The notes beneath the pieces were generated by a model, which was not told the origin of the DNA, searched no databases, and saw nothing but the letters and a program-made list of their open reading frames with translations. Of a stretch of DNA of 64,000 nt, positions 37,136 through 50,037 are shown piece after piece (the stretch's first letter is position 1; each line of letters opens with the position of its first letter). This DNA comes from Raja brachyura. Taxonomy: Eukaryota. The position numbers and the translations under genes are program-made. Location of the stretch: the NCBI GenBank assembly GCA_963514005.1, contig OY740814.1, positions 15,252,001 through 15,316,000 of the forward strand, read 5' to 3'.

Positions 37136-37310
37136 AGCAGTACCCCTCAGCACTGTCCCTCCGACAGTGCGGTGCACCCTCAGCCCACCCCCTCCGACAG
37201 TGTGGTGCACCCCCAGCCCAGCCCCTCCAACAGTGCACTTCACCCTCAGTCAGGTCTCACCGACAGTGTGGGGCATTCTCAGAACTGCCCCTCAGACAGT
37301 GCAGGGCACA
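37136..37310 (+). repeat. ~33-bp minisatellite (GACAGTGCGGCACTCCCTCAGCACTGCCCCTCC-type)
   Basis: About 5 degenerate tandem units. Confidence 0.8.
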
Positions 37311-37787
37311 CTCAAAGCTTCCTGGCTTTCGATTATCATTTATAGTGAAACTTAACCCATTTGAATGCTTCTTATGATTTGCCGTGGACTTGGTTTTCTC
37401 TTCTTGATTGTTACTGTGATTATTACATACAGTTGTTGTTAATTTTTAATCCGTATAATATCAAAAGATGCGGGGGAAATAACAAAACTGAGTACTTGGT
37501 TTTTTTTATATGGCGCTGAGCATTGTATGGTAATTTATTAATTATAACAAATCTGGTGAAGAAGTCAGGGAGGAGGGGGTATATGGAGGAGTCAGGATTC
37601 CTTGGTCACAGGATGAAGGGCCTGCTGGCTTTTTCAATGGGCGATGGGAGGATGGGATTTGGTGATAATGACGAAAGCATTGGGGTGATAGGCCGTGGGC
37701 AGTAATGTGATGAAACATCCTTGAGTACGTTCTATCTGAGTGTTTGCTCTGAGATGATTGAGATGTTTTACCCTTTGCTTCCCGCAG

Positions 37788-37894
37788 TATTATTTCACAA
37801 TAAACTTTGGCCATGATGCTCAGAAAGCCCTGGAGCTGAGGACGGAGGACATGAAGGATTGTGATGACTGGGTGACAGCAATCAGCCATGCAAG
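37788..37894 (+). CDS. RASGRF1: RASGRF1 exon 2 (PH1 C-part)
   Basis: cccgcag|TATTATTTC...GCAAG|gtaggt; YYFTINFGHDAQKALELRTEDMKDCDDWVTAISHA; not in the ORF track, read by eye. Confidence 0.95.
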
Positions 37895-38164
37895 GTAGGT
37901 GATGGATCATCATTCCAGCTCACCGGGCCAGCCCCCGCCCACCTCCCAGACCCCACCCCCACCACCCTGCTGCTCCTGTCAACGTTTGCACCCAACTCTC
38001 ACATGTTCTCATTCGCCCATCACCTGTTTGCTCGCTGACCTTAATCGGCTCCTCGTTATGCAAAACCCTTGTTTTCAAATTCCTCCACAGTTTCACCCCT
38101 CCCTCTCTCTATCATCACCTCAAGCAAATATTGTAGTGGCGTTAAAGAGGCTTTTAGATAGGAA

Positions 38165-38452
38165 CATGACACAGTGGCTTAGCTAGTAAAGCTGCTGCCT
38201 CACAGTGCCAGAGACACGGCTTTGATTATGACCCCAGGTGCTGACTATGTGGAGTTTGCAAAATCTCCCCGTGACCGCATGTGTTTCCTCAGGTATGTAG
38301 GATAATTGACCTCCATATCGGCCTCTATAAAATTGCCCCTTGCGTGTATGGAGTGGATGGGAAAGTGGGATAACATAGAAATAGTGTGAACAGGTGATTG
38401 ATGGTCGCTGTGGACTTGGTGGGCCGAAGGGCCTGTTTCTTTACTGTCTCTA
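38165..38452 (+). mobile_element. tRNA-derived SINE, diverged copy of the same family
   Basis: cacagtggcttagctagtaaagctgctgcctcacagtgccagagac...gggccgaagggcctgtttc. Confidence 0.75.
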
Positions 38453-39364
38453 ATGAATATGCAGGCTATAGAGGGAAATGGAGCAGGTGCAGGCGGAAGA
38501 GATTAGATTCATTTGGCTTCATGTTTGACACAAACATCGTTGGCCAAAGAGCCTGTTCCTGTGTTGATTGGTATCTCTGCACCTCTCCACTTCCAGACTC
38601 ATAACCATCTCCAATTTCAAATGCTCCACTCTTGTTGTATTTAGCTGCTCAGACCTGCTTGTCTGGAATTCCCTCCTCTTACTCTCCACCATAAATTCTC
38701 CTCCTCAAACCTCCCACTTTGACTGAGCTTTGGCCAACTCACCCTAATGTTTCCTTACCTGGCACAATGTCTGATTTTGTTTGCCGATGCTTAAGCAAAA
38801 ATATGCTGGACAATATTATAGGTACTCAATCCATTAATATAAGCTGCTGCCGTGAAGCCCACCAACAGCTTTCCTTCGATCTTGTTTCACCATTGAAACC
38901 CAGGGTTGCAGCGAGAGACAAAGACTTGGATTTCTATAGCACCTTTCACATCCTTTAGACATCAAAAAGCATTCTGCAGCCAGAGAAAACTTTTCAAACG
39001 TAGTCCATTACGGTAACATATGTGCTTGTGCACAGTCTGATCTCAAACATGATATGAAGCCAATAGCAATATCATTTCTTTTTGTGCTGTTGTTCAGAAA
39101 GCAGATATTGGGAAGTAGATGAGAACATAGCCCCCCCCCACCTCACACCCTCGGTGCTGCTCCTGAGACAGAACATCATTCCCTCAGGACTGCCCCTGTG
39201 ACAGTGCGTCACACCCTGAGTACTGATCCTGCAGCTTTATACCAGGTAGCTCACGGGGTCCTTCAACCCACCACCACTTGGCTCAGATGTGAGAATGTTA
39301 TATAGTCTCCTGGTCTTCTTCAAAAAATATCACCTGAACAGACAAGACAGAGCTCCGAGAATGA

Positions 39365-39885
39365 GGTGACACTTTTTGACAGTGCAGTACTCCCTCAGCA
39401 TTGTACCTTTACCAGTGTAGCACTCCTTCAGTACTGCTCCTTTGACAGTGCAGTACTTCTTCATATTGCCCCTCCAACAGTGCAGTGCTGCCTCAGTACT
39501 GCCCCTCTGACAGTGCAGGGGTCCCTCAGTCTGCCCATCCCGCAGTGTTGAACTTCCACATTATTGCCCCTTCCTTTTGCATGACTTCCTCAGTACTGCC
39601 CCTCCAACAGAGCAGCACTCCGACAATACTGCCCCCCCCCCCCACAGTGCTACACTCCCTCAATACTGCCCCTCTGACAGTGCATGTCTGCCCCAGTACT
39701 GCCCTTCCCACAGAGCAGCATTCTTTCAGTACTATCCCTCTAACAGTGCATCACTCCCTAAATACTGCCCCTCTGAGAGTGCGGCACTCCCTCTCTTGCC
39801 CCTCGCACAGCGCTGCACTCCCCCAGTATTGCCCTCCCACAGATCAGTCCATTGACAGTACAGCACTGCCTCAGTACTTGCCCAC
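39365..39885 (+). repeat. ~33-bp minisatellite of the same family
   Basis: About 15 degenerate units of gacagtgcag(t/c)actccctcagtactgcccct. Confidence 0.85.
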
Positions 39886-40494
39886 AGACTGTCACCTTTT
39901 GTGAAATTCTCTGGCGTTTACTTGCCTATCCAATTTGTTTTGCATGCTTTTGCTAAAGTCTAGTAATCGGCATCAAATGTGCTATTCCTATTACACCTCC
40001 TTGTTGCCTTCTTAAAATATTTCAATGTATTACTTTCCTTAAGTCACACAATCTGCAGAGTCTGCTGGTTCAAGTAGTATCGAGCAAAGATCCTATAGGA
40101 TCTTTGGTATCTAGTTTTCAGACTTGATCTCTGCATGTACCACTCATGGAGACGTGAAAGACATCCAGAAAATGCCACAGTCTCCAGACAGACAAAGATA
40201 GCAACTGAATTGCTTCACAGAATCATTGATTTTAAGCTGTTGGTTGTACAAATAGATCCTCTGAGTGTCAGGTCTTATGATAATACTTGAGCTAGATGTT
40301 AATTGACACAAAATACACCATTGGGAGCGATTCTAGGTTAGTAATTTGAGTGAAAGGCTGCAGATTGTGTCAGAAGGTGGCTTGGCATCAATCACACTCA
40401 AGAGGCTGTGAATGGATTTCCTGTTGGCCTAACAAGACAACATGAAACCTGCCGTTAAGGCAGAGATTTTTAATCTGCCTCAGAAACATGTTTA

Positions 40495-40625
40495 AAGACA
40501 AAGGGAACTGCAGATGCTGGTTTACAAAAAACACAAAGTGTAGGATCCTTCAGGGTTCCGACCCAGAACATCACCTATCCATGTCCACCAGAGCTGCTGC
40601 CTGACCCGCTGAATCACTCTGTAAC
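40495..40625. mobile_element. Degenerate inverted Penelope-terminus short repeat
   Basis: ggaactgcagatgctgg arm followed by the opposite-orientation gggttccgaccc...gctgcctgacccgctga arm. Confidence 0.6.
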
Positions 40626-40699
40626 TTGCAGAAAAATATTTTATGGCTCCAGTATAGGAGCAACATTAGATATGATGGGAATGTTGCACATTAGGAGGA

Positions 40700-41185
40700 T
40701 CATGGAGTCATAGAGTTACGCAGCATGGAAACAGGTCCTTTGGGTCAATTCATCCATGCCGACCAAGATGCCCCATCTAAGCTCGTCCCTTTTGCCCACA
40801 TTCAACACATATCCCTCTAAACTGTTCCGATCCATGTACCTGTCCAAATGCCTTTTAAATGTGATTGTACCTGCATCGACAACTTCCTCTGGCAGATCGT
40901 CCCTTATGCTCACCACGCTTTATGTGGTGGGCAAATGGGACCAAGGTTGTTATTAAATCTTTCTCCTCTCAGCTTAACCTATATCCTCCAGCTCTTGATT
41001 CCCCCACCCTAGGAAAATCGATATTGAACATTAATTCTATCCATTCCCTTCATGAACTTGTACTCCTCAATACGATCACCCCTCAGCCTTCTGCGCTCCA
41101 AGGGAAGAAGCCCTCGCCTGCCCTACCGCTCCCTATATCCAGGTCCTCAAGTCCTGGCAACATCTGCATAAATGTTCTCTGCATA
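40700..41185 (-). mobile_element. CR1 LINE 3' fragment
   Basis: Minus ORF LPEEVVDAGTITFKRHLDRYMDR, the same C-terminus as the CR1 at 34430-34530. Confidence 0.8.
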
Positions 41186-44016
41186 CTACAAATCAGTGAG
41201 TTTTGTTTACCATTTCCATCGTCCAGCACTACTGAGCCTCATCACATATTGTCTGGGTTTGTTGCAGCCACATCAATACGGATTGATCACTGTGTGATTA
41301 CCCAACTACTCCATTATTGTTGCATCTGGTCACTATCGGTGTTACTTAGCAAACTGTACAGTTCAGAGGGAGATTATATGGTCCATCATGTCTGTACAAA
41401 CTCTCAAAATAGCTCCCAAATAATCCCTGCAGAACACCTTGTGTCCAGCAAGTGTTTGCTTTATATAGCTATTTCCTTTTAGGTTATTTTGAAACTGGTT
41501 CCTTTCAGGAAAAGCAGTCTAGACAGAGGCAGACATTGATCCCTTTGATAAGAGAACATTTATGTAGCATCATATAACAACCTGGATAGAAAAGTAAAGT
41601 AAAATGATTCAAGAAAGGTGGCCATTCAGCCCATTGTTCTCATGCTAGTTAGGTGGAAGAGTGTCCATCTCGGCTGATAAACGAGAATAAGAGGAACTTT
41701 GGGCTTTTCCCATCTAGCAGTTCCCAGGCTGTTTGAGGTCAACAATTACCTTCCAGGCAAGGTACAAACACCTAGGCACAAATGTGTAGAGCAACACATC
41801 ACCTCATTACAACACTGCCATCCTCGCCCTTTCATATAATTTACACCTGATGGCTGCATTTTGAGATCCTCTCAGGCTAGCAATAAAATTCACACAAATA
41901 TTAATTGTGCTCATTATAAACCTCATACAGGCAGTATAGGCACTTTAACGGTCCATATGCTGCAGTCATTTTACCACCTGTCAGATTGCACTTCCTGATT
42001 CTCAAGAAAAAGCCTTTGTTATTTTCTCCGTCCTCCTCTCCCGTGGATCTCGCTGTGAGCCCCATGGCTACCCTTCCAATAACTCTCCCAGTCACAGTGA
42101 AAAGGAAGCTGTTATCTTTATGTGGTTCTGAGCCTATGTGTGACTCACATAAAGGCTCACACCAGCGTGATCGACTTTTAACTGAACTGGCCAAGCAAGC
42201 TGAAGAAAGACAGCAATGCCCACAACTCCAAAACACAGTTCTTTTTAAATAAGTCATTTGAATCGCGGTTACTTTTTCAACATGTTTCTGTAATCGCATG
42301 ACACACAGTAAGGATGAAGGTTTGCAATTGAGATGGAGGTTTGATTGATGTACAGGGTAGAATTTATTCCTTAAGGTCACTTTCTTATGGAATGTACTTT
42401 ATTTGCCTGAGTGGCCAATTATTGTGACAAACAACGTCCAGAAAGGCTTTTAGTAACCATGGTAACTAAAGGCCATCAAGGACAGGCCCTGAAAGTGGGC
42501 CTGCCATGGTTTCATAAACAAGTCAAGAGCCTTGCTGACTAAACTATTCAAATCCTTACACGGCTGGAGTTTGATTTTTTGTGACATTTTGTTATGTTTA
42601 TAAAGAAACCGCGTTTGACGTTGAATATTGAAGCAAGGATTGAAAATATTTCAATGAAGTACTTGGGGCAAAAGATTTCAACTGTGTATTTTGTGCTGTT
42701 GGATCCAATGTCCAAAAATAATTTAATGGATCCAGGTGTTTCTCAGCCTCAAGAAACCTGGTGCCCTGGGTCAATTAGGGCAGCAACCATAACTGGAATG
42801 CCAAGAGCTGGGGCAGGAGGAAGCCATTCATCCCTTAAGTCTGTTCTACCATTCAACAAAATTACAGCTGATCCTGCACTTTCCTGCCCTATCCCCATTT
42901 TCAATATTTCCTGAGTCTCCATGAATCTTAACATCCTTGTATCCACAATCATTGAATGGTTGAGCGGACACAGTCCCAAATAACCTATTATATTTCTTAT
43001 AATCTCAATGGTTTAGTGAGCACCACCCTTGCTTCTGAGATGAAGATTGCATGCCCATGCTCCATGCTCATATATAGAACTCGGCTGATATTCCAGTGTG
43101 TAACTGGAAGGTGCCATTATTTTAACATATCATCTGCCCTTTCAAATGCCTGTGAAAAATCCCATGTTGCTATTTCAATATGTATTCTTAAATTATTAAA
43201 GGTGATTAACTGGACCCAATCCCTTGAAAAAGAAAAGACTGTGCAAAAGAAAATACATGAGTGCAAAAACACATTAAGACAAAAAAAGGCTGATGGCTGT
43301 GCAAGATTGTCCATAGTGTTCTGTTGCCGAGGTAGGATTAGGGTTGTGCGGGTAGGTTTGAGAAGTTGTTAATTGTAGGATAGTAACTTTTCCTGAACCT
43401 GCTGGTGTGCGACCTCGGATTTCTGTCTCTCCTGCCTCATGTAGTTGGCGAGGGGGTCCGTGCCTGTGATAGTCTCTCTGCATCACTCTCTGCAGACTTG
43501 TGACAACCTGGTATGGGCAGCAAATATAAACTAGACCCTTCCAATGGCCCAATGCAGTACCAGGAACAGCATTTTGCAGTTATTTATGCTGTCAACTTTT
43601 GGCGGAGACCTCATGTTTCAGATGAGATTCCTGCGTGCCAGAAAGAATTAGTGGGCAGCAGGTATAATTACTGGTCTTGCATTGGAAATAAGTATCTAGA
43701 TTCTAGTTCCTTTAAGAAGATTTAACTTATTTAATATTTGAAGATGGTTTGCTCCATCAGCACTAACCTCTGATTCACCATCACTGGAATTTTTCAGGCT
43801 GAAGTTGAGATCTGGGTTTAGTGAGAGAGACTAACTGCTGGGATTAGTCAATAATTCTGTTATGTGAGGATCAGGTACACCTTGTCAATGGACAACAGTC
43901 ATCTCATCCAAAAATCTCTTTGGTCCAATGCAATTTCCATTCTCATTTCCCCAATTAGCAACCAAAGCTTTGCCTTTCCCTTCATTCCATCTGTTCATAA
44001 TTGCATTTTTGAACAG

Positions 44017-44164
44017 TTACAGGAACCTTGCAACAGAACACGAGTCCCTGATGCAGAAATACCTCCACCTTCTGCAGATCGTAGAGACTGAGAAAACTGT
44101 TGCAAAACGACTGCGACAGCAAATTGAGGATCAAGAGATTGAAGTTGAGCGACTGAAAGCTGAG
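44017..44164 (+). CDS. RASGRF1: RASGRF1 exon 3 (coiled coil)
   Basis: gaacag|TTACAGG...GCTGAG|gtagga; [49 protein letters not shown]. Confidence 0.96.
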
Positions 44165-44459
44165 GTAGGAAACGATCAAGACTGGGTCCTGCTGACTGGT
44201 GTGAGGGACATCACCTCTGTAGGATTATTCTGGGTTGCAAGTCAAGGAAATGGGTAGAAGTGGAGAAGGTGCCATTCTTAATGAATTCGGGAATTATTTC
44301 ACTCCCAGTTGCACTGCGGAAGTTGCACTGTTGGAAGCTGGGAATATTGTATGGAAATACTTGTGACTCTTGTTTGTGAGCCCTTGGCTGAGTGCCTCCA
44401 GTGGTAATGGATCCGGTCATTGAATTCACTTAGCTTTCTATCTCTTTTTTTTTTAACAG

Positions 44460-44552
44460 ATTGCTTCACTGCTCAAAAACAATGACCGCATCCAACTAAC
44501 CGAGCCTGTGACGCAAAACGATGAAGATGTTGATATAAGGAAAATCAAGAAG
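44460..44552 (+). CDS. RASGRF1: RASGRF1 exon 4
   Basis: tttaacag|ATTGCT...AAGAAG|gtaaga; IASLLKNNDRIQLTEPVTQNDEDVDIRKIKK. Confidence 0.94.
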
Positions 44553-44941
44553 GTAAGACAGATATACAATCAAGCCACTGAGATATCCTGCAGTAAAACA
44601 TTTTTGATTTTTTTGCGACCCCATCCCACATAACATAATCTTGGTAAACACATAATCTTCTTGACCTTTAGGGATCTGTAGACATAAGCTCCAAGATTCC
44701 TTTGCTCCCCTGGTGTCCCCTATTTATTATACATTTTCTTGCCTTGTTTGCCTTCCACTAGTACATTGCTTCACACATTTCCAAACTGGATTCCATTTGT
44801 CACTTTCCTGCCCTTCTAAGCAGTTCATTGATATGTAACTTTCTTCCTTGCAGTTGATTGTCTGGTCAACTTTGGTTTCGCCTATAAATTCTTAACTGTG
44901 GCACCTATCCTCCAAGTTAAAGTCATTGCTGTATCCAACAG

Positions 44942-45195
44942 GTCCAAAGCTTCCTGCGAGGATGGCTGTGCAGAAGGAAGTGGAAGACCATTATTCAGGA
45001 CTACATCCGCTCCCCACATGCTGAGAGCATGAGGAAGAGGAACCAGGTTGTGTTCAGTATGCTGGAGGCTGAGGCTGAGTATGTCCAGCAGCTCCACATC
45101 CTTGTGAACTGCTTCCTCCGACCACTCCGCATGGCAGCCAGCTCCAAGAAGCCTCCGATCGCCCATGATGATGTTAGCAGCGTATTCCTAAACAG
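44942..45195 (+). CDS. RASGRF1: RASGRF1 exon 5 (IQ motif, start of DH domain)
   Basis: caacag|GTCCAAAGC...AACAG|gtatcc; [51 protein letters not shown]... Confidence 0.96.
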
Positions 45196-45803
45196 GTATC
45201 CAGCAAGAGACTCTAATAAAATAGTACTTAGGATGCTGGACCAGCAATCATGAGGTTGAGTTCCTATCCCATGCTGGCAGGGGGTGATTTAAATTTATAT
45301 AATGAAATAAATCTGGAATTATTGTATTGATAGCCAGGTGGATTATGATAAAAAAGTAATTTGGATCACTAATGTTCAGGGATGGAAACCTTTGCCCTAT
45401 ACCCATTGTGACCTGTATGTGACTCCGGATCCACTGCAATATTCCCCCTGAAAAGGCTCTGAAGACAATAAGTTGCAGCAAACCATCATGGCTGGTTCCA
45501 CCTTCTCACCAGATTCCCAAATGAAGAATAAATGCAGTCTTCCTGTGAAAGATTTACGAAAAAAAGGCTTTTTAAGAATTTCATACACACCTATCACCAT
45601 TGAGTTGTCTATGACTTGGAAGGATGTGATCAGAAATGATTAGCAGGATTTTATTGTGCAATCAATTAGAGGGATTTGAGATAATGCAAAATTACGATCA
45701 AAATGATGAAATAAATGAATAAATGCTGGATGATTACAGAGCGAGGTTCTGTAAATACACATTCCATTCTCTTTCTTTATACTTATCTTGTTCTCTTTTC
45801 CAG

Positions 45804-45883
45804 TGAAACAATTATGTTTTTGCACCAAATATTTTACCAGGGACTAAAAGCTCGAGTCTCCAGCTGGCCTACACTGGTATTAG
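45804..45883 (+). CDS. RASGRF1: RASGRF1 exon 6 (DH)
   Basis: ttccag|TGAAACA...TTAG|gtaggt; [26 protein letters not shown]. Confidence 0.95.
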
Positions 45884-46194
45884 GTAGGTATCGTGAGGAC
45901 TTGTATCATGAGGATCCCCATTGGTAACTCAGGTGTTGCGTTCCTTTGTGCAGATGTGAAAATTATAGTGTTCAATCCGCAATATGCTCTGGTCTCAAGA
46001 TGGAGCCTTGCCTCTTTAACAGAACAGAACAGGATTAGCTTCTTGTGAAGTAAACAAAGCACAGTTCAATCAGAGTTCAGTTGCTCTTCTAGTTTAATTC
46101 CTCAACCAGAGTGAAAGATCTGGTTGTTTAAAAGGAAGGTGATCAACTGGTGAAAAGTGCTGACTGTCAGTATAAAATCAAAGAGCAAAAGACG

Positions 46195-46365
46195 AGTTGG
46201 CAGAAAACTCAGCGGGTCGAGCAGCATCTGTGGGGCAAAGGAATTGTCAAAGTTTCTGGTCGAGACCCTACATCAGGATACCTTCCCCCACATAGATGCT
46301 GCTTAACCCGCTGAGTACCTCCAGCAGTCTGCTTTTTTCTTTTGCAGTTTCCAACATCTACAGTC
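46195..46365. mobile_element. Older palindromic Penelope-terminus short repeat
   Basis: ctcagcgggtcgagcagcatctgtggg ... cacatagatgctgcttaacccgctgag inverted arms. Confidence 0.65.
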
Positions 46366-46936
46366 ATTTGCCTAACAAAAAAAGAAGAATCCACTTCACA
46401 GAATGTTTAGCCAAAAAAAAGGTCCAGTTAGTAGAATTCCATGAAATGTTATGTTGGGTCTGCTCCCATTTATTACATATGAAACAATTAAGAATAATTT
46501 TGTAATTCGATTATTCTACAAATTTGGCAATGCTGTAACCAGAATTAGTTTAGTTTAGTTTATTGTCACCTGTACTGAATTACCAAGATTATAGGTGGAC
46601 AGAACTGCATGAGCAGTGGGTGCCTTGTGCAGGTGAATATTGGCAAATGTCAATTAATAGACCTTTAATCTAAGAGCAGAGGAACAAAGTGCAAGGTTGT
46701 TATGTGTTCACACAAGAGTCCAAAGGTATCATTGTGTAAAAAGACCACAAATAAAAATACCTACCATTTTTGTTTTAGTATCAAGGAAAATATAATGCCA
46801 ATATGAAGAGGTGACTGAGTGTTTACCATATTATAATTAAGCCACAGTGGCAATGCTGTTTTTCAGAATTAGGCACCAAGTATAGAAAGAATGTGTAAAT
46901 ATAAATCACTGGGATGTTACCAACTGTTATTGGGAT

Positions 46937-47245
46937 ACATAGAAACATAGAAACATAGAAAAATAGGTGCAGGAGTAGGCCATTCGGCCCTTCGAGCCTG
47001 CACCGCCATTCAATGTGATCATGGCTGATCATCCAACTCAGTATCCCGTACCTGCCTTCTCTCCATACCCCCTGATCCCTTTAGCCACAAGTGCCACATC
47101 TAACGCCCTCTCAAATATAGCCAATGAACTGGCCTCAACTACCTTCTGTGGCAGACAATTCCAGAGACTCACCACTCTCTGTGTAAAGAATGTTTTCCTC
47201 ATCTCGGTCCTAAAAGAATTCCCCCTTATCCTTAGACTGTGACCC
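46937..47245 (-). mobile_element. CR1 (HER1-like) LINE 3' end with (GAAACATA)n tail
   Basis: RGHSLRIRGNSFRTEMRKTFFTQRVVSLWNCLPQKVVEA; octamer tail at 46937-46962. Confidence 0.88.
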
Positions 47246-47471
47246 CTGTGCATGTGATACATGTGCAATGCAGGGTATTCACTAAAATTGGGAACATTTA
47301 GAGAACGGCCTGACCTTTAAGATCACCGTATTATTTACACTGCGGTCATTTCTAATAAAATCAGAAAATGCTGACAAATCTCAGCAAGTCAGGCTGCATC
47401 AGTGGAAAGAGAAACAAATAATGCTTTAGGTCTGGGATGTAGTTTCAACTGACTCAGTTTTTGCAAACAAG

Positions 47472-47650
47472 GAAACATAGAAACATAGAAAATAGGTGCA
47501 GGAGGAGGCCATTCGGCCCTTCGAGCCAGCACCGCCATTCATTGTGATCATGGCTGATCGTCCTCTATCAATAACGCGTGCCTGCCTTCTCCCCATATCC
47601 CTTGACTCCACTTGCCCCTAGAGCTCTATCTAACTCTCTCTTAAATCCAT
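47472..47650 (-). mobile_element. CR1 LINE 3' end, short
   Basis: (GAAACATA)2 then ggtgcaggaggaggccattcggcccttcgagcc, the same 3' UTR as 46937-47245. Confidence 0.85.
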
Positions 47651-48228
47651 AACTTTCACCAAAAACTTTCACCAAAACAAATCACAGTTGGCTAGAAAGG
47701 GAGGTAATGTTCTAACACTCTATAACTACATGGCAGTTAAAAGTTAGAATTCTTGGCTAATGACTGCTGATGAATAAAAGTTAGCATTTTCTCGCCAGTT
47801 AAGAGTACTACATTGTTAAAGCTTTTGGCTTTCCAGATAAAATGTTAAATTGAGTCCCAGCTTGCTTTCTTGGGTGGATGCAAGCCAGAAGAAATGCAAA
47901 GGGTTTCTCCATGAATTATTCCCAATCGATAATACCAAAGCAGATTATTGGCCTTCGTTTATTTTCATTTGTGGGAACACGCAGTGCATATTGTCTGTGT
48001 GTTTGCAGCAGTGATTGATTTCCAAAAGCACTTCACAGGCTGCCAGGATCATTTGCAGCTCATGAAAGGCAAGCCTTTGCTTCTTTATCCACACAATGAA
48101 TGAATCTTCCCATCTGTGTGCCAAGTCATAATGTGAGGTCTGCCAGTCCGTGTGTAGTCTTGCAGAAATGTTTAGAGGTGGTGACTACACCAAGCTTTTG
48201 ACCATGCGTATTCTGAACCATCCAACAG

Positions 48229-48422
48229 CTGACCTGTTCGACATTCTCCTTCCAATGCTGAACATCTATCAGGAGTTCGTAAGGAATCACCAGTATAGTC
48301 TACAGATCTTGGCCAGCTGCAAGCAAAACAGGGACTTTGACAAACTTCTGAAACAATATGAAGCAAAGCCGGATTGTGAAGAGAGGACACTCGAGACATT
48401 CCTGACCTATCCAATGTTTCAG
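48229..48422 (+). CDS. RASGRF1: RASGRF1 exon 7 (DH)
   Basis: caacag|CTGACC...TTTCAG|gtgaaa; [40 protein letters not shown]...YPMFQ. Confidence 0.96.
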
Positions 48423-48995
48423 GTGAAACAGCAGAGCATAGGGGAGGGGTTGGGTGCATGTTGCAGCTGATAAGTGATAAAGTCCGGGACCAATTATACA
48501 TAGTTGGTATATATAAATATAAATACACCTTTATAAATAGGGAATTCCTCAACTTTTTCAATAACACTATTTTCAATAATTCCTCAACTTTTTCAATAAC
48601 ATTATTTTCAATAATGTGGTTCTTGTGTCCGATCCCATATTCCGTGTGATCATAGGATTATCCAACTGAAGATTGGAAATAGAATGTGGAGAAAGTAGAG
48701 AATACCTATATCATGTGCAAATGAAAAATGAGGGAATGTTAGTTGGGAAGTAGAGGAACACAGAATAAGCAATGGGGACTTAGTAGTCATTTGTGCAGCT
48801 CATTTGATTTTCCAGTGAAGTCTAGTGAGGCAACTCATTCAATATTATCCATTTCACATTATCGTCAATTATCCATTTTATTTCTGTAGTCTTTTGCACA
48901 TAACAACAAAGTCTGTTCGGTGTTCTATAAAAAGCAGCCTGCAAACAGAACATCTACTTGTTTGTAATTTGTGTTTTCTGACTTTGGCTCCTTAG

Positions 48996-49105
48996 ATCCC
49001 CAGATACATCCTGACTCTCCACGAGTTGTTAGCTCACACACCCCACGAGCACGTGGAGAGGAAGAGTCTGGAGTACGCAAAGTCAAAGCTGGAGGAACTC
49101 TCACG
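48996..49105 (+). CDS. RASGRF1: RASGRF1 exon 8 (DH)
   Basis: ccttag|ATCCCC...TCACG|gtgagt; [36 protein letters not shown]. Confidence 0.95.
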
Positions 49106-49918
49106 GTGAGTAACGCCATCCAGTGGCCATCTCTGGCATGAGCTTGAAACACTTTCCACCCTTCTCAAGAATGAACCATAAATTCCTAACTTTTCTAATC
49201 TAATGCTGATTGGATTGTTTTGAGAATTTGCACAGTTTTAAGTGGAATTCTGCTTACAATGGGCCAAGATTTACAAATTGAGACACAGAAAGATGAGAAG
49301 ATGAAGTGAAAATAGAAGATATATCACAAATCAATTCAGTGAGATGCAGTGGATGGAACATTCCTTCCACTGATCTTGGCAGCATTTGAAGACTGAATTA
49401 AACATCAAAGTTTCTCCAACTTTTTATTACAGGGCAACGATCCTCTTTTGAAAATTAATGTCAGCTCACATCCAGCTTCTCCATCCTCCAATCTGTATTT
49501 GAAACTATTTCTTCAAGTTTGTCTCTTCCAATTTTATCCACGTCTTCTCCTCTCCTTCTCCTTCTCCATTCCCATTCTTCTGGAGTTAATTGTTTTCTCG
49601 TCCTGATTACCATGTTCTGGCATCTCACTGATGACACAGTGAGGGATGAAAATCTACTCCACGAATGAACTATTGAAACTGAGACCAGTCTCCTTCCATA
49701 CGCATATCAGTGTGGGTTGGTGGAAAATGTTCACAGTGCAGAAAACCCTTTTATTTTTCCCCTTGATGGTTTAGAAGTGCTGCACCCACCCACGTCGCAG
49801 ACCATGAGAGAACTAGGATCCACTGAACAAAGATTGACGGAGTTCTTCCATTGTCCTGCCGTAAGGCTGTGTTGTCCGTGTACACGGCAATGTGAAACTA
49901 ACACTGTGTTTGTCACAG

Positions 49919-50037
49919 GATAATGCACGATGAAGTGAGTGAAACAGAAAACATTCGCAAGAACTTGGCTATCGAGCGGTTGATTGTGGAGGGCTGTGAG
50001 ATTCTCTTGGACACCAGCCAGACATTTGTACGGCAAG
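49919..50037 (+). CDS. RASGRF1: RASGRF1 exon 9
   Basis: tcacag|GATAATG...CAAG|gtaatg; [39 protein letters not shown]. Confidence 0.96.

Noticed and set aside
39365-39885. CRISPR-like periodic repeat
   Set aside because: Contiguous degenerate tandem units without unique spacers, no cas genes, eukaryotic intron
48543-48612. 35-bp tandem duplication in intron 7
   Set aside because: Ordinary local slippage duplication in AT-rich sequence
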